Below, piece after piece: positions 18,699 to 28,100 of a stretch of DNA of 64,000 nucleotides. A program made the translations under genes and the position numbers. Source of the stretch: Phycisphaerae bacterium. GTDB taxonomy: Bacteria; Planctomycetota; Phycisphaerae; UBA1845. Numbering within the stretch: position 1 is the stretch's first letter; every line of letters begins with the position of its first letter. Location of the stretch: NCBI GenBank assembly GCA_029260055.1, contig JAJDDX010000098.1:4962-68961 (forward strand), read 5' to 3'. Under the pieces are notes generated by a model that was given only the letters and a program-made list of their open reading frames with translations, was not told where the DNA came from and ran no database searches.

Positions 18699-20165
18699 AT
18701 GTCTTATCGCGTTTTAGCCAGGGCCTACCGCAGCGCCACGTTTGACGAGATCGTCGGACAAGAGGCGATCGCCACGACCCTGACGAACGCGATCGGCTCG
18801 GGGCGCATCCACCACGGCTACCTGTTCACGGGTACGCGCGGGGTGGGCAAGACATCGACCGCCCGGATTCTCGCCAAAGCGCTCAACTGCCTCGAGTCCG
18901 ACGCCCCCACGACTACCCCTTGCTGTAAATGTGACTCGTGCGTGGCGGTGGCTGAGGGCGAGGATGTCGACGTCGTCGAGATCGACGCGGCCAGTAACAC
19001 GGGCGTCGACAACATCCGCGAATTGCGGAGCAACGCCGCGTTCCGTCCGGCCCGGTCTCGCTTCAAAGTCTACATCATCGACGAAGTTCACATGCTCTCC
19101 ACGCAGGCGTTCAACGCACTGCTCAAGACGCTCGAAGAGCCGCCCGAGCATGTGAAGTTCATCATGGCCACGACGGAACCGCACAAGGTTCCCGCCACGA
19201 TCCAGAGCCGTTGCCAGAACTTCGACTTCAAGGCGATCGGTGCTCCGGCGATTGCGGAGCACCTGGCCAGAATCCTGGACACCGAGAAGATCCAGGCGGA
19301 CGAAGTGGTCGTGCGCCGTGTCGCTCGATTGGCCAACGGCTCGATGCGCGACGCACTGTCCCTTCTCGATAAGCTTCTGTCGTACGAGTCGGAAAAGCTG
19401 ACGGCGGCTGTGGCGGAGATGATCATTCCGCCGCCGCACGACGAGCTCGCGTCCAAGGTGATGGCGTGCGTGGCCGGCCGGGACGCAGCCGGCGCGCTGC
19501 GCGAGCTGGATGCCGCACTGCAAGGCGGACGCACCGTCGAGCGCTTCTGTGACCACCTCATCGAGCACGTACGAACGCTCATGCTGTTATGCGTTTGTGG
19601 TGATGATACCGATCTGGTCGATATCGCCGAGCAGGCTAAGCCGCAGCTCGTGGAGCAGGCCTCCAAGTTCGACGGCCCGACCTACGTGTATATGATCACG
19701 CTCCTGGAGGAACTCCGGCGCAACGTGAAGTTCAGCGGAACAGCTCGCGCGCTGGCTGATGCCGCGATGGTTCGGTTGGCGATGAGTCACCAGTTTACCG
19801 AGATCGGAACGCTGCTGGAGTCGCTTGATCAGGGGGCTCAAGCGTCATCCGGGACGGTGGCGGCACCAAAAAAAAAAGCAACCCGGGCCGCGGTAGCTGA
19901 TTCCCCGCCGGCAAGGAGCGCCGTAGAGCCTGAGGTGGCTGCGCCTGTGGCTACTGCCAACGCCGCCGCGTCGACCGTGGCTCCACCGAAGTCGGTCAGT
20001 TCCGAGCAGTGGAACCGTGTCGCCCGCGACCCGGTGGTTCAGAGGTTCAAGGAAGCGGTAGACGGCACGCTGTTCGACGTGCGGCCGATCGAACCCGCCG
20101 CGGTTGACGAGTCGAAGGAGCACGCGTCGGACGAGCCCGCCGACGGGGTCGATCCCGACGCGTAA
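18699..20165 (+). CDS. dnaX: DNA polymerase III subunit gamma/tau
   Basis: MSYRVLARAYR, GTRGVGKTS, Zn motif C..PCCKCDSC, EIDAASN, IIDEVHML, NALLKTLEEPP, SRC. Confidence 0.97.
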   Translation: MSYRVLARAYRSATFDEIVGQEAIATTLTNAIGSGRIHHGYLFTGTRGVGKTSTARILAKALNCLESDAPTTTPCCKCDSCVAVAEGEDVDVVEIDAASNTGVDNIRELRSNAAFRPARSRFKVYIIDEVHMLSTQAFNALLKTLEEPPEHVKFIMATTEPHKVPATIQSRCQNFDFKAIGAPAIAEHLARILDTEKIQADEVVVRRVARLANGSMRDALSLLDKLLSYESEKLTAAVAEMIIPPPHDELASKVMACVAGRDAAGALRELDAALQGGRTVERFCDHLIEHVRTLMLLCVCGDDTDLVDIAEQAKPQLVEQASKFDGPTYVYMITLLEELRRNVKFSGTARALADAAMVRLAMSHQFTEIGTLLESLDQGAQASSGTVAAPKKKATRAAVADSPPARSAVEPEVAAPVATANAAASTVAPPKSVSSEQWNRVARDPVVQRFKEAVDGTLFDVRPIEPAAVDESKEHASDEPADGVDPDA

Positions 20166-20192
20166 GATCATCTGAGGATGGAGTAACCCCTC

Positions 20193-20531
20193 ATGTTCGG
20201 ACAACTTGGCGATATCGCCGGTTTGATGAAGTCCGCCAAGACGATGCAGGCGAACATCGCGACGCTTCAGGAGGAGCTCAAGACGCGGCGCTACGACGCC
20301 GATGCGGGCGGCGGCATGGTCCGCGCCGTCGTCGACGGCAAGGGGACGCTCGTCGATATCAAGATCGACCCCAAGGCTCTCGCTGATGTCGAGTTGCTCG
20401 AGGACCTGATCAAGGGGGCGATCTGCGCAGCCGGCGAGAAATCGCAGGAGGCGATGAAGCAGGAGATGGCCTCACTGACCGGCGGCCTCAACGTCCCCGG
20501 CCTGACCGACATGCTGAGCGGCGGCCAGTAA
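20193..20531 (+). CDS. ybaB: YbaB/EbfC nucleoid-associated protein
   Basis: AGGGMVRAVVDG..IKIDP..DVELLEDLI; between dnaX and recR. Confidence 0.93.
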   Translation: MFGQLGDIAGLMKSAKTMQANIATLQEELKTRRYDADAGGGMVRAVVDGKGTLVDIKIDPKALADVELLEDLIKGAICAAGEKSQEAMKQEMASLTGGLNVPGLTDMLSGGQ

Positions 20532-20574
20532 CCGTTCGCTCGACGTACCTCGCAGCGCAGATACGGATGGGCCG

Positions 20575-21177
20575 ATGAACACTGAGCCGATCGAATCACT
20601 CGCACGCCTGAAGGAGCTCCTGGCGAAGCTCCCCGGAATCGGTCCACGAAGTGCCGAACGACTGGCATTCCATCTGCTTCGGGAACCACGCGCGTTTGCA
20701 GCCCGGCTGTCCGAGGCGATCCTCGACGTGAAAGACAAGATCGCCCACTGCACGGTCTGTTTCAACCTGACCGAGACCGACCCGTGTGCGATCTGCGCCG
20801 ATACCGGCCGGGATCACGGCGAAATCTGGGTCGTCGAGCAGCCCAAGGACCTTCTCGCGCTCGAGGCGACCGGCCTGGTGCGGGGTGTCTATCACGTGCT
20901 GATGGGGCACATCGCTCCGCTGGACGGTATCGGCCCGGAACACCTGACGATCAACGGCCTCACGACGCGAGCCAAAGCCGATGAGACGCGAGAGATCGTG
21001 CTTGCCTTGAATCCGACCGTCGACGGCGACGGCACCGCGTTGCACATCCAGAGCCTGCTCGCGGACATCGACGTCCGTGTTACGCGGCCCGCCCGCGGGC
21101 TCGCCGTCGGGTCGCAACTCGAGTACGCCACCGCCGGAATGTTGGAAGCGGCGATTCGCGGACGTACATCCGTTTGA
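20575..21177 (+). CDS. recR: Recombination mediator RecR
   Basis: LPGIGPRSAERLA, CTVCFN..CAIC, VVEQPKD, YHVLMG, Toprim region. Confidence 0.96.
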   Translation: MNTEPIESLARLKELLAKLPGIGPRSAERLAFHLLREPRAFAARLSEAILDVKDKIAHCTVCFNLTETDPCAICADTGRDHGEIWVVEQPKDLLALEATGLVRGVYHVLMGHIAPLDGIGPEHLTINGLTTRAKADETREIVLALNPTVDGDGTALHIQSLLADIDVRVTRPARGLAVGSQLEYATAGMLEAAIRGRTSV

Positions 21178-21392
21178 TTTTCCTGCTATAATGCCCAACC
21201 GCCCTGACGCGGGGCCACGCCACGCGGCGGGGAATGTACTATAATAGGCGGAAGAGCGCACCGGCGCGCACCGCCCGATAACTGTGCTCCGATCGAGCGC
21301 TCTTATTGCATCGTTGGTGGTCTCGAAAGCGGCTGCCTCGTTCGAACTACTCGCAAGGGGAACGGCTTCCGGCGAGACGGGATGGTTGGTTG

Positions 21393-22856
21393 ATGTCGCA
21401 GTTTCTATCACAAACGCTGTCACATCAGATGCGGCTCGAGCAACGGCTCACGCCGCAGCTCATCCAATCCATGGCGATCCTTCAGAAGCCGGTCGCGGAC
21501 CTCGAAGCGCACGTGAATGAGGCGCTCGAGACCAACGCCGCGCTCGAGGTGGCTGAACCCGAAGAACAGGAAGCGGACAAGCGCGAAGGGCAGGAGCGCA
21601 ACGGCCGCGAAAACCCCGCACAAGCGGACGAGGCGAGCTTCGATCGTTTCGACCGTTTTTCGCGCACGTATGATCTCGACGGAGACAACCGCGCTCCGCA
21701 TCTTGCGCGGCGCGTGGTCGATGCGGGTGAGCACGACGCGAAGATGGGCGCGCTGGCGAATACCGCCGGTCGAGAGATCAGCCTCCAGGAACACCTTCAG
21801 GCCCAATGGGTGCTTCTCGACTTGGATGACGAGATGCGCCGAGCCGGCGAAGCCGTCATCGATCACCTCGATCCGGACGGCTACCTTCGGATTCGCCCTG
21901 AGGACATCGCGGAAGTGACACGGCCGCCATGCGGGGTGGACGTGCTTCTACGGGCGATGCTCGAAGTACAGCGGCTCGAGCCGGTCGGCGTCGGCGCTCG
22001 GGATATCGTCGAGTGCCTCTTGCTTCAACTAGAAGCACTACCCGGGGACAACGAGGTCGAGCGCGTCCTGATCGAGAGCCACCTCCATGACATCGCGCGC
22101 AATCGCCTTCCGGCTGTATCCAAGGCGACGGGCTTTGCGATCGGGGAGATCAACGAAGCCATCAACGTGATGCGCTCGTCCCTCTGCCTGCATCCGGGGT
22201 ATCTGGTGGGCGACCACTCGGTGCCGGCGATCAGGCCGGACGTGCTGGTCGAATACGCGGAAACGGGCGGAGGACTGACGATCCGCCTGGCTCGCGGCAA
22301 CATGCCCAAGCTGCAGATTCGTGAAGACGTGATGGCCATGGCCAAGTCCAAGGCCAACGGCAAATCCATGCGCGAGTTTGCGCGGAAGCAGATCGAATCG
22401 GCCACGGCCCTGATCGATGCGGTCAGCTTCAGGCAGAGCCGTTTGCTCGAAGTCGCACGCGCCATCGTCGAGAAGCAGCGCGACTTCTTCGACATCGGGC
22501 CCGACGGGCTGAAAGTCCTTCGAATGAGTGACCTCGCCGAGGAACTCAGTTGCGATCCGTCGACCATCAGCCGCACCGTGGCGGACAAGTACATGCAGAC
22601 GCCGCGAGGCATCTATCCCCTGCGTTACTTCTTCACCGGCGGAACGCAGACGGATGACGGCCGAAGCGTCGGTTGGGACCGCGTCAAGGCGCAAGTGCGG
22701 GAGCTGGTCGACGACGAAGATCGTAAGTCGCCGCTCAATGACGATCAGATTGCCGCGGCGCTGAAGGATCACGGCATCGAGATATCGAGGCGGACCGTGG
22801 CCAAGTACCGCCAGCAGCTAGGCATCCCGACCGCGCGGCAACGGCGGGAGTACTGA
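21393..22856 (+). CDS. rpoN: RNA polymerase sigma-54 factor
   Basis: QRLTPQLIQSMAILQ, LEPVGVGAR, STISR, RpoN box ISRRTVAKYR. Extended -10 TGcTATAAT upstream at 21184-21192. Confidence 0.96.
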   Translation: MSQFLSQTLSHQMRLEQRLTPQLIQSMAILQKPVADLEAHVNEALETNAALEVAEPEEQEADKREGQERNGRENPAQADEASFDRFDRFSRTYDLDGDNRAPHLARRVVDAGEHDAKMGALANTAGREISLQEHLQAQWVLLDLDDEMRRAGEAVIDHLDPDGYLRIRPEDIAEVTRPPCGVDVLLRAMLEVQRLEPVGVGARDIVECLLLQLEALPGDNEVERVLIESHLHDIARNRLPAVSKATGFAIGEINEAINVMRSSLCLHPGYLVGDHSVPAIRPDVLVEYAETGGGLTIRLARGNMPKLQIREDVMAMAKSKANGKSMREFARKQIESATALIDAVSFRQSRLLEVARAIVEKQRDFFDIGPDGLKVLRMSDLAEELSCDPSTISRTVADKYMQTPRGIYPLRYFFTGGTQTDDGRSVGWDRVKAQVRELVDDEDRKSPLNDDQIAAALKDHGIEISRRTVAKYRQQLGIPTARQRREY

Positions 22857-22928
22857 TCGTTACATTTCGCGTCTTGGCATCACGCTCTTCGAAGCTGATA
22901 GTTGCCCACTTTTTCGTGGTTCACCGTG

Positions 22929-23975
22929 ATGAGGATCGGCTCGCTACAACTTGATGTACCGTTCGTCCAGGCCGCGCTGAGCGGTTACAGCGACTTGCCG
23001 ATGCGTCGGGTCGCGCGGGCCTGCGGAGCGCCCTTCGCGCTCAACGAAGTGATGCTCGACAAGCTCGTTTTGACCAAGGGCAAGAAGTCCCGGGAGATCC
23101 TCGACGTAGCCGCGGACGACCATCCCGTCGGTGGGCAGCTCATGGGAGCCAAGGCCGAGGAGTTCGCGCCCGCAGCGGACGCCATGGCCAAGGCGGGGTA
23201 CGACCTCATCGACATCAACTTCGGTTGCCCGGTCAAGAAGGTCGTCGGGCGATGTCGCGGCGGATTCCTGCTATCCGAGCCGGACACCGCGCTCGACATC
23301 GTGCGACGAGTATATGACGCTGTCGGCTCCACCCACCCGGTGACGGTGAAGATGCGCCGCGGCATGGACGACACCCCGCAGAGCGAAGCCGACTTCTTCC
23401 GCATTCTAGACGGAGCGTTCGAGATCGGCGTGGCGGCTGTCACCGTCCATGGCCGCACCGTCCGGCAGCGATACGTCGGACCGAGCCAGTGGCCGTTCCT
23501 AGCCAAGGTCAAGCGGCACGTCGGCACGGGGGTGATCCTCGGCAGCGGCGACCTGTTCAGTGCCGAGGCCTGTATGAGGATGATTGAGCAGACGGGCGTG
23601 GACGGCGTGACGATCGCGCGCGGGTGCATCGGCAACCCGTGGATCTTCCAGGAATGCCGCGCCCTATGGGCGGGAGAGCCCTTGCCGCCGCCGCCCTCGA
23701 TAGCCCAACAACGCGACGGTATCGAACAACACTGCGCCCACTCCGTAGATACATACGGAGCCGAGCGCGCCAGCCGGATCATGCGCAAGTTCGGGATCAA
23801 GTACGCGGAGCACCATCCCCACGCCAGGCAGGTGAGGGATGCCTTTATTGCCGTGAAGACGGACGACGACCTTCGCGGCGTGCTCGACAAGTGGTATGAC
23901 CCCAGTGCCGATTGGCCGCCCGTGGTGCGGCGCGAGGGCCACGGGGACCTGATCGCAGCCGGCGCGACGCTCTAG
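22929..23975 (+). CDS. tRNA-dihydrouridine synthase (DusB-like)
   Basis: IDINFGCPVKKV, VTVKMRRG, VTVHGRT, GSGD, TIARGCIGNPWIF. Confidence 0.92.
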   Translation: MRIGSLQLDVPFVQAALSGYSDLPMRRVARACGAPFALNEVMLDKLVLTKGKKSREILDVAADDHPVGGQLMGAKAEEFAPAADAMAKAGYDLIDINFGCPVKKVVGRCRGGFLLSEPDTALDIVRRVYDAVGSTHPVTVKMRRGMDDTPQSEADFFRILDGAFEIGVAAVTVHGRTVRQRYVGPSQWPFLAKVKRHVGTGVILGSGDLFSAEACMRMIEQTGVDGVTIARGCIGNPWIFQECRALWAGEPLPPPPSIAQQRDGIEQHCAHSVDTYGAERASRIMRKFGIKYAEHHPHARQVRDAFIAVKTDDDLRGVLDKWYDPSADWPPVVRREGHGDLIAAGATL

Positions 23976-24023
23976 CGGCGCAATCGCGGCATCTGAATCT
24001 CCAACACGAGAGTCGACGTTTCG

Positions 24024-24605
24024 GTGATTAGCCGATTGCTCTTCGAACGTATGTGGTTGCTCGCGGTCCTCCTGATCGTCGCGCAGATCACGCTGATCGC
24101 GTGGTGGTCCTGGAGCCGCAGCCCGCGCGCCGGCAGGGCCGTGTGGATCGGCTTTGGCGCAATACCGATCCTGCTGATTCTCTCGGGCCTGGTCCGGACG
24201 CCGCGTGAGCGGATCGTGGCGACCGTCGTCGAGTTGGCGCAGTGCGTTGAAACGGAGGATCTGTACGGCATCGAGAATTGGCTGGCTCCCGAGTTTGAAG
24301 CAGAACCTTACGACCGCGCGGAATTCCTCGCTCAGATGGAAGCCGCGTTCGACCGGGCGAGCATCCGGTCGCCCACTGTGCACGGCTTCGAGATCAGTTT
24401 TCCTCGAAGCGGTGTTGGCGTGGCCGTGTTTCAGTCCGGCTGTCGAATCGAAACGAACGAGGCGTCGATCGGGTGGCTTCCGCTTCGCTGGCGCCTGACG
24501 TTCGAACGAAGGGGCGATCGGTGGTTGGTTGAGAAGATCGAGACGATGCCCGTTCCGCCGTTGCACGTTCACAGTCTCACCGCGCTGTTGCAGCGGCGCC
24601 CGTGA
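24024..24605 (+). CDS. Membrane-anchored NTF2-like hypothetical protein
   Basis: Two N-terminal TM helices; C-terminal LTFERRGDRWLVEKI typical of NTF2-like folds. Confidence 0.55.
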   Translation: MISRLLFERMWLLAVLLIVAQITLIAWWSWSRSPRAGRAVWIGFGAIPILLILSGLVRTPRERIVATVVELAQCVETEDLYGIENWLAPEFEAEPYDRAEFLAQMEAAFDRASIRSPTVHGFEISFPRSGVGVAVFQSGCRIETNEASIGWLPLRWRLTFERRGDRWLVEKIETMPVPPLHVHSLTALLQRRP

Positions 24606-25111
24606 CGCTGTTGGTTTAAACAATGATCGCCGTTCGCCGTCGGGATTCAGACGGTGAACAAGGTCCGATAGGACGTCCGGCTGCTCTTTTTTCCGAACCC
24701 GCCAGATTGGGATTCTAAACTTGGTGTGTACCGGTTATCTTCTATTGTAGTGTCAATGCGACGGTCGTGCTGACTGCTGTGTCGCACTGATTCCACGTGA
24801 CCCGCTCCCTCAGCGCGCGGAGCGGCGATCGGAGTCGACGGAGGTATGGGTATAGCGCTTTTCGGCGCATCCGCGCGCCGAATGTGCCGAATCCTCCTCT
24901 CGAACCCCGGCGTGGAACCACAAAGCCGGCGGTCGTCCAGCGCCTCCTGTCGATGTTCGCGGTCGCTTCAGCGCCCGACGTGGCAAGAGAAGCCACCGTC
25001 GCGCGCGTGGTGAGCGGATCAATCAGCCACGGTTCTCCGGCGGCCGATCGGCCTACTGGTTTGAAGCTTCGCCGGCCGGAAGAAGTAACACGGTTTGATG
25101 CAGGGGAAAGC

Positions 25112-28100
25112 ATGGCCGGATCTGACCGACACGCAGCACACACCCGGGTCGGCGCGAGGCACCTGTCTCGTCTGATGTGGGTTACGTTGACGTTGATGAT
25201 CGTGGTCCGCCCGGCTGCATTTGCGCAGGTTGCCGAGCGGGCCGATGTCATCGTTCACTTCGAGCCGGGTGCCGCGCGACTAGCGGCCAAAGCACTCACC
25301 GCCGCCGACGGCGCGTCGGTTCGTTATGAATTCGCCGTGCTCCCGAACGCCATGAGTGTTCGCGGGCTCAGTGATGCCGCCGCCGCGGAACTCGCGGCGC
25401 TTCCCGGTGTGGCGTTCGTCGAGAAGGACCGGCTCGTCACAACCAACCTGAATGACTCGACACCGCGCATCCGTGCGTTGCAGGATCAGATTACCGCGGC
25501 CGGGCTTTCCGCGACCGGTGGGGGTGTACGCGTTTGTGTGTGTGATACGGGGATCAACGCGAGTCACATCATGTACGCCGGACGCGTTGACGCGGCGGCG
25601 GGTTATGACTTCGTGAACAATGACGCCGATCCTTCCGACGACAACGGGCACGGATCACACGTGGCCGGGATAGCCGTCGGCGGGACCGGACTGACCGTGA
25701 ACTTCCTCGGAGGCAGCGGCAATGAGCCGTTGCAGGGCGTGGCGCCCGAGGCGACGCTCATCGGCGTGAAAGTCATGAACGCCTTCGGGACCGGGCAGTT
25801 GTCCGATGTGATCGCGGGCATCGACCATTGCGCATCGCCCACGCTGCCCGGTGGGCGAGCGGACGTGATCAATCTCAGCCTTTCCGACGGGCAGCAGTCC
25901 ATCGGCGTGTGTGACTCCAACAGCCTTGCGATCGCCGCGAACAACGCCGTCAACGCGGGCGTCGTCGTGGTGGCCAGCTCAGGGAATAACGGTTACGCCA
26001 ATGCGCTGCAAGCGCCCGCGTGCGGCTCCGGTGTGATTGCCGTCGGCGCTACGTACGACGATCCCTTTCCGAACTCGGACTTCCCACCGCTTGATTCCTT
26101 CACGTTCTGCCTGCGGCGTAACGTCTTCGGCACTTGTATCGAGGAATGCACCGATGTGATGCCTTCGGCGGATCAAGTGCCGTGCTACAGCAACAAGAGC
26201 GATCACTTGGATGTGACCGCGCCCGGCGGCTACATCTGGTCGGCGCGGCACGATTTCACCGACCAGATCATTGGCAAGCACGGGACCTCACAGGCGGCAC
26301 CGCATGTGGCCGGCTTGGCTGCGCTGCTACTGAGCGTCGACCCGCTCAAGACGCCGGCACAGATTCGCCAGTTGATTCGTGACGGCGCGGTCGATCTCGG
26401 CGCGCCGGGTTTCGATCAGGCCTACGGGTACGGCCGCATCGATATCATTGATACGCTCATGTTGCTCGAGCAATGCTCTGACGACCCGGACTGTGACGAC
26501 GGCTTGTTCTGCAACGGTGCCGAGACCTGCGTGGCGAGCGAGTGCCTCGGCGGAGCCTCTCCCTGTACGCCTCAGTTCTGCCGCGAGAGCGACGACACGT
26601 GCGTCGCCTGCCTGGTGCAGGTGCATTGCGACGACTTCGATCCGTGCAACGGTGTCGAGATATGCAACGCCGCCGGTTTGTGTCAAAGCGGCTCGATCGA
26701 CGACTGCAACGGGAACGGCGTGCTCGATTCGTGCGACATCGCGCAAGGAGCGAGCCTCGACTGCAACGCCAACGCGATCCCGGATGAGTGCGATGTGCTC
26801 TTCGGGGGTTCATCCGACTGTAACGGCAACGGCACGCCGGACGAGTGCGAGCCGGACTGCAACGGCAACGGTGTGCCGGATGATTGCGATCTATCAAGCG
26901 GATCGAGCCCGGACTGTAACGGCAATGCCGTCCCGGATGAGTGCGATGTCTCCGGCGGTGCGTCCTTGGACTGTAACGGCAACCACGTGCCGGACGAGTG
27001 CGAAACCGACTGCAACGGCAACGGTGCAGCCGACGCGTGCGACATCGCAGGCGGCACGAGCGCCGACTGTAACGCGAACGCCGTACCGGATGAATGCGAT
27101 GTCGCCGGCGGTACGTCGCCGGACTGCAACGCCAACGGTGTTCCCGACGAGTGCGAAGCGGACTGCAATGGCAACGGCGTGGCGGATGACTGCGACCTTG
27201 CCGGTGGCACGAGCCCGGACTGCAACGGCAACGGCGTGCCGGACGAATGCGACTTGGCGGCGGGCACGTCCGCCGACTGCAACGCCGACTCCATCCCCGA
27301 CGAGTGCCAGGCCGATTGCAACGTGAACGGGGTCCCGGACGATTGTGACCTCTCAGCCGGTACGAGCCCCGACTGCAACGCTAACGCGACCCCCGACGAA
27401 TGCGATATCGCCGCCGGGAGCTCCGCGGACTGCAACGGCAGCGGCGTGCCGGACGAATGCGAACCCGACTGTAACGGTAACGGGGTGCCCGATGATTGCG
27501 ATATCGCTGGCGGCGTGAGCGCCGACTGCAACATCAACGGGGTGCCCGACGAGTGCGACCTCGCCGGCGGCACGTCGCAAGATTGCAACGCGAACACGGT
27601 TCCCGATGACTGTGACGTGGCGTCCGGCACGAGCCCGGACTGCAACCTGAACGTCGTGCCCGATGAGTGCGATCTTGCCGGCGGCACGTCGCAGGACTGC
27701 AACGCTAACGCCGTGCCCGACGAGTGCGAGACGGACTGCAACACCAACGGCGTGCCGGACGATTGCGACCTCGCGAGCGGGACGAGCCAGGACTGCAACG
27801 CGACCGGCGTGCCGGACGAATGTGACATCGCCGGCGGTACGAGCCCGGACTGCAACGGCAACGGCGTGCCCGACGAATGTGAAAGCGATTGCAACGGTAA
27901 CGGTGTGCCGGACGATTGTGATCTGGCTGCCGGTACGAGCCCCGACTGCAACCTCAACGCGCTTCCCGACGAATGCGATATCGCCGGCGGCACGTCTTCG
28001 GACTGCAATGGTAGCGGCGTGCCGGATGAGTGCGAAACCGACTGTAACGGTAACAGCGTGCCCGATGATTGCGATATCGCGGGCGGTACGAGCTCCGACT

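Noticed and set aside
24797-25111. Long N-terminal extension of the subtilase (and similar extensions on pnp, dnaX, nuoA, nuoB)
   Set aside because: Open-frame run-through upstream of the likely starts; not supported by an RBS or family motifs.
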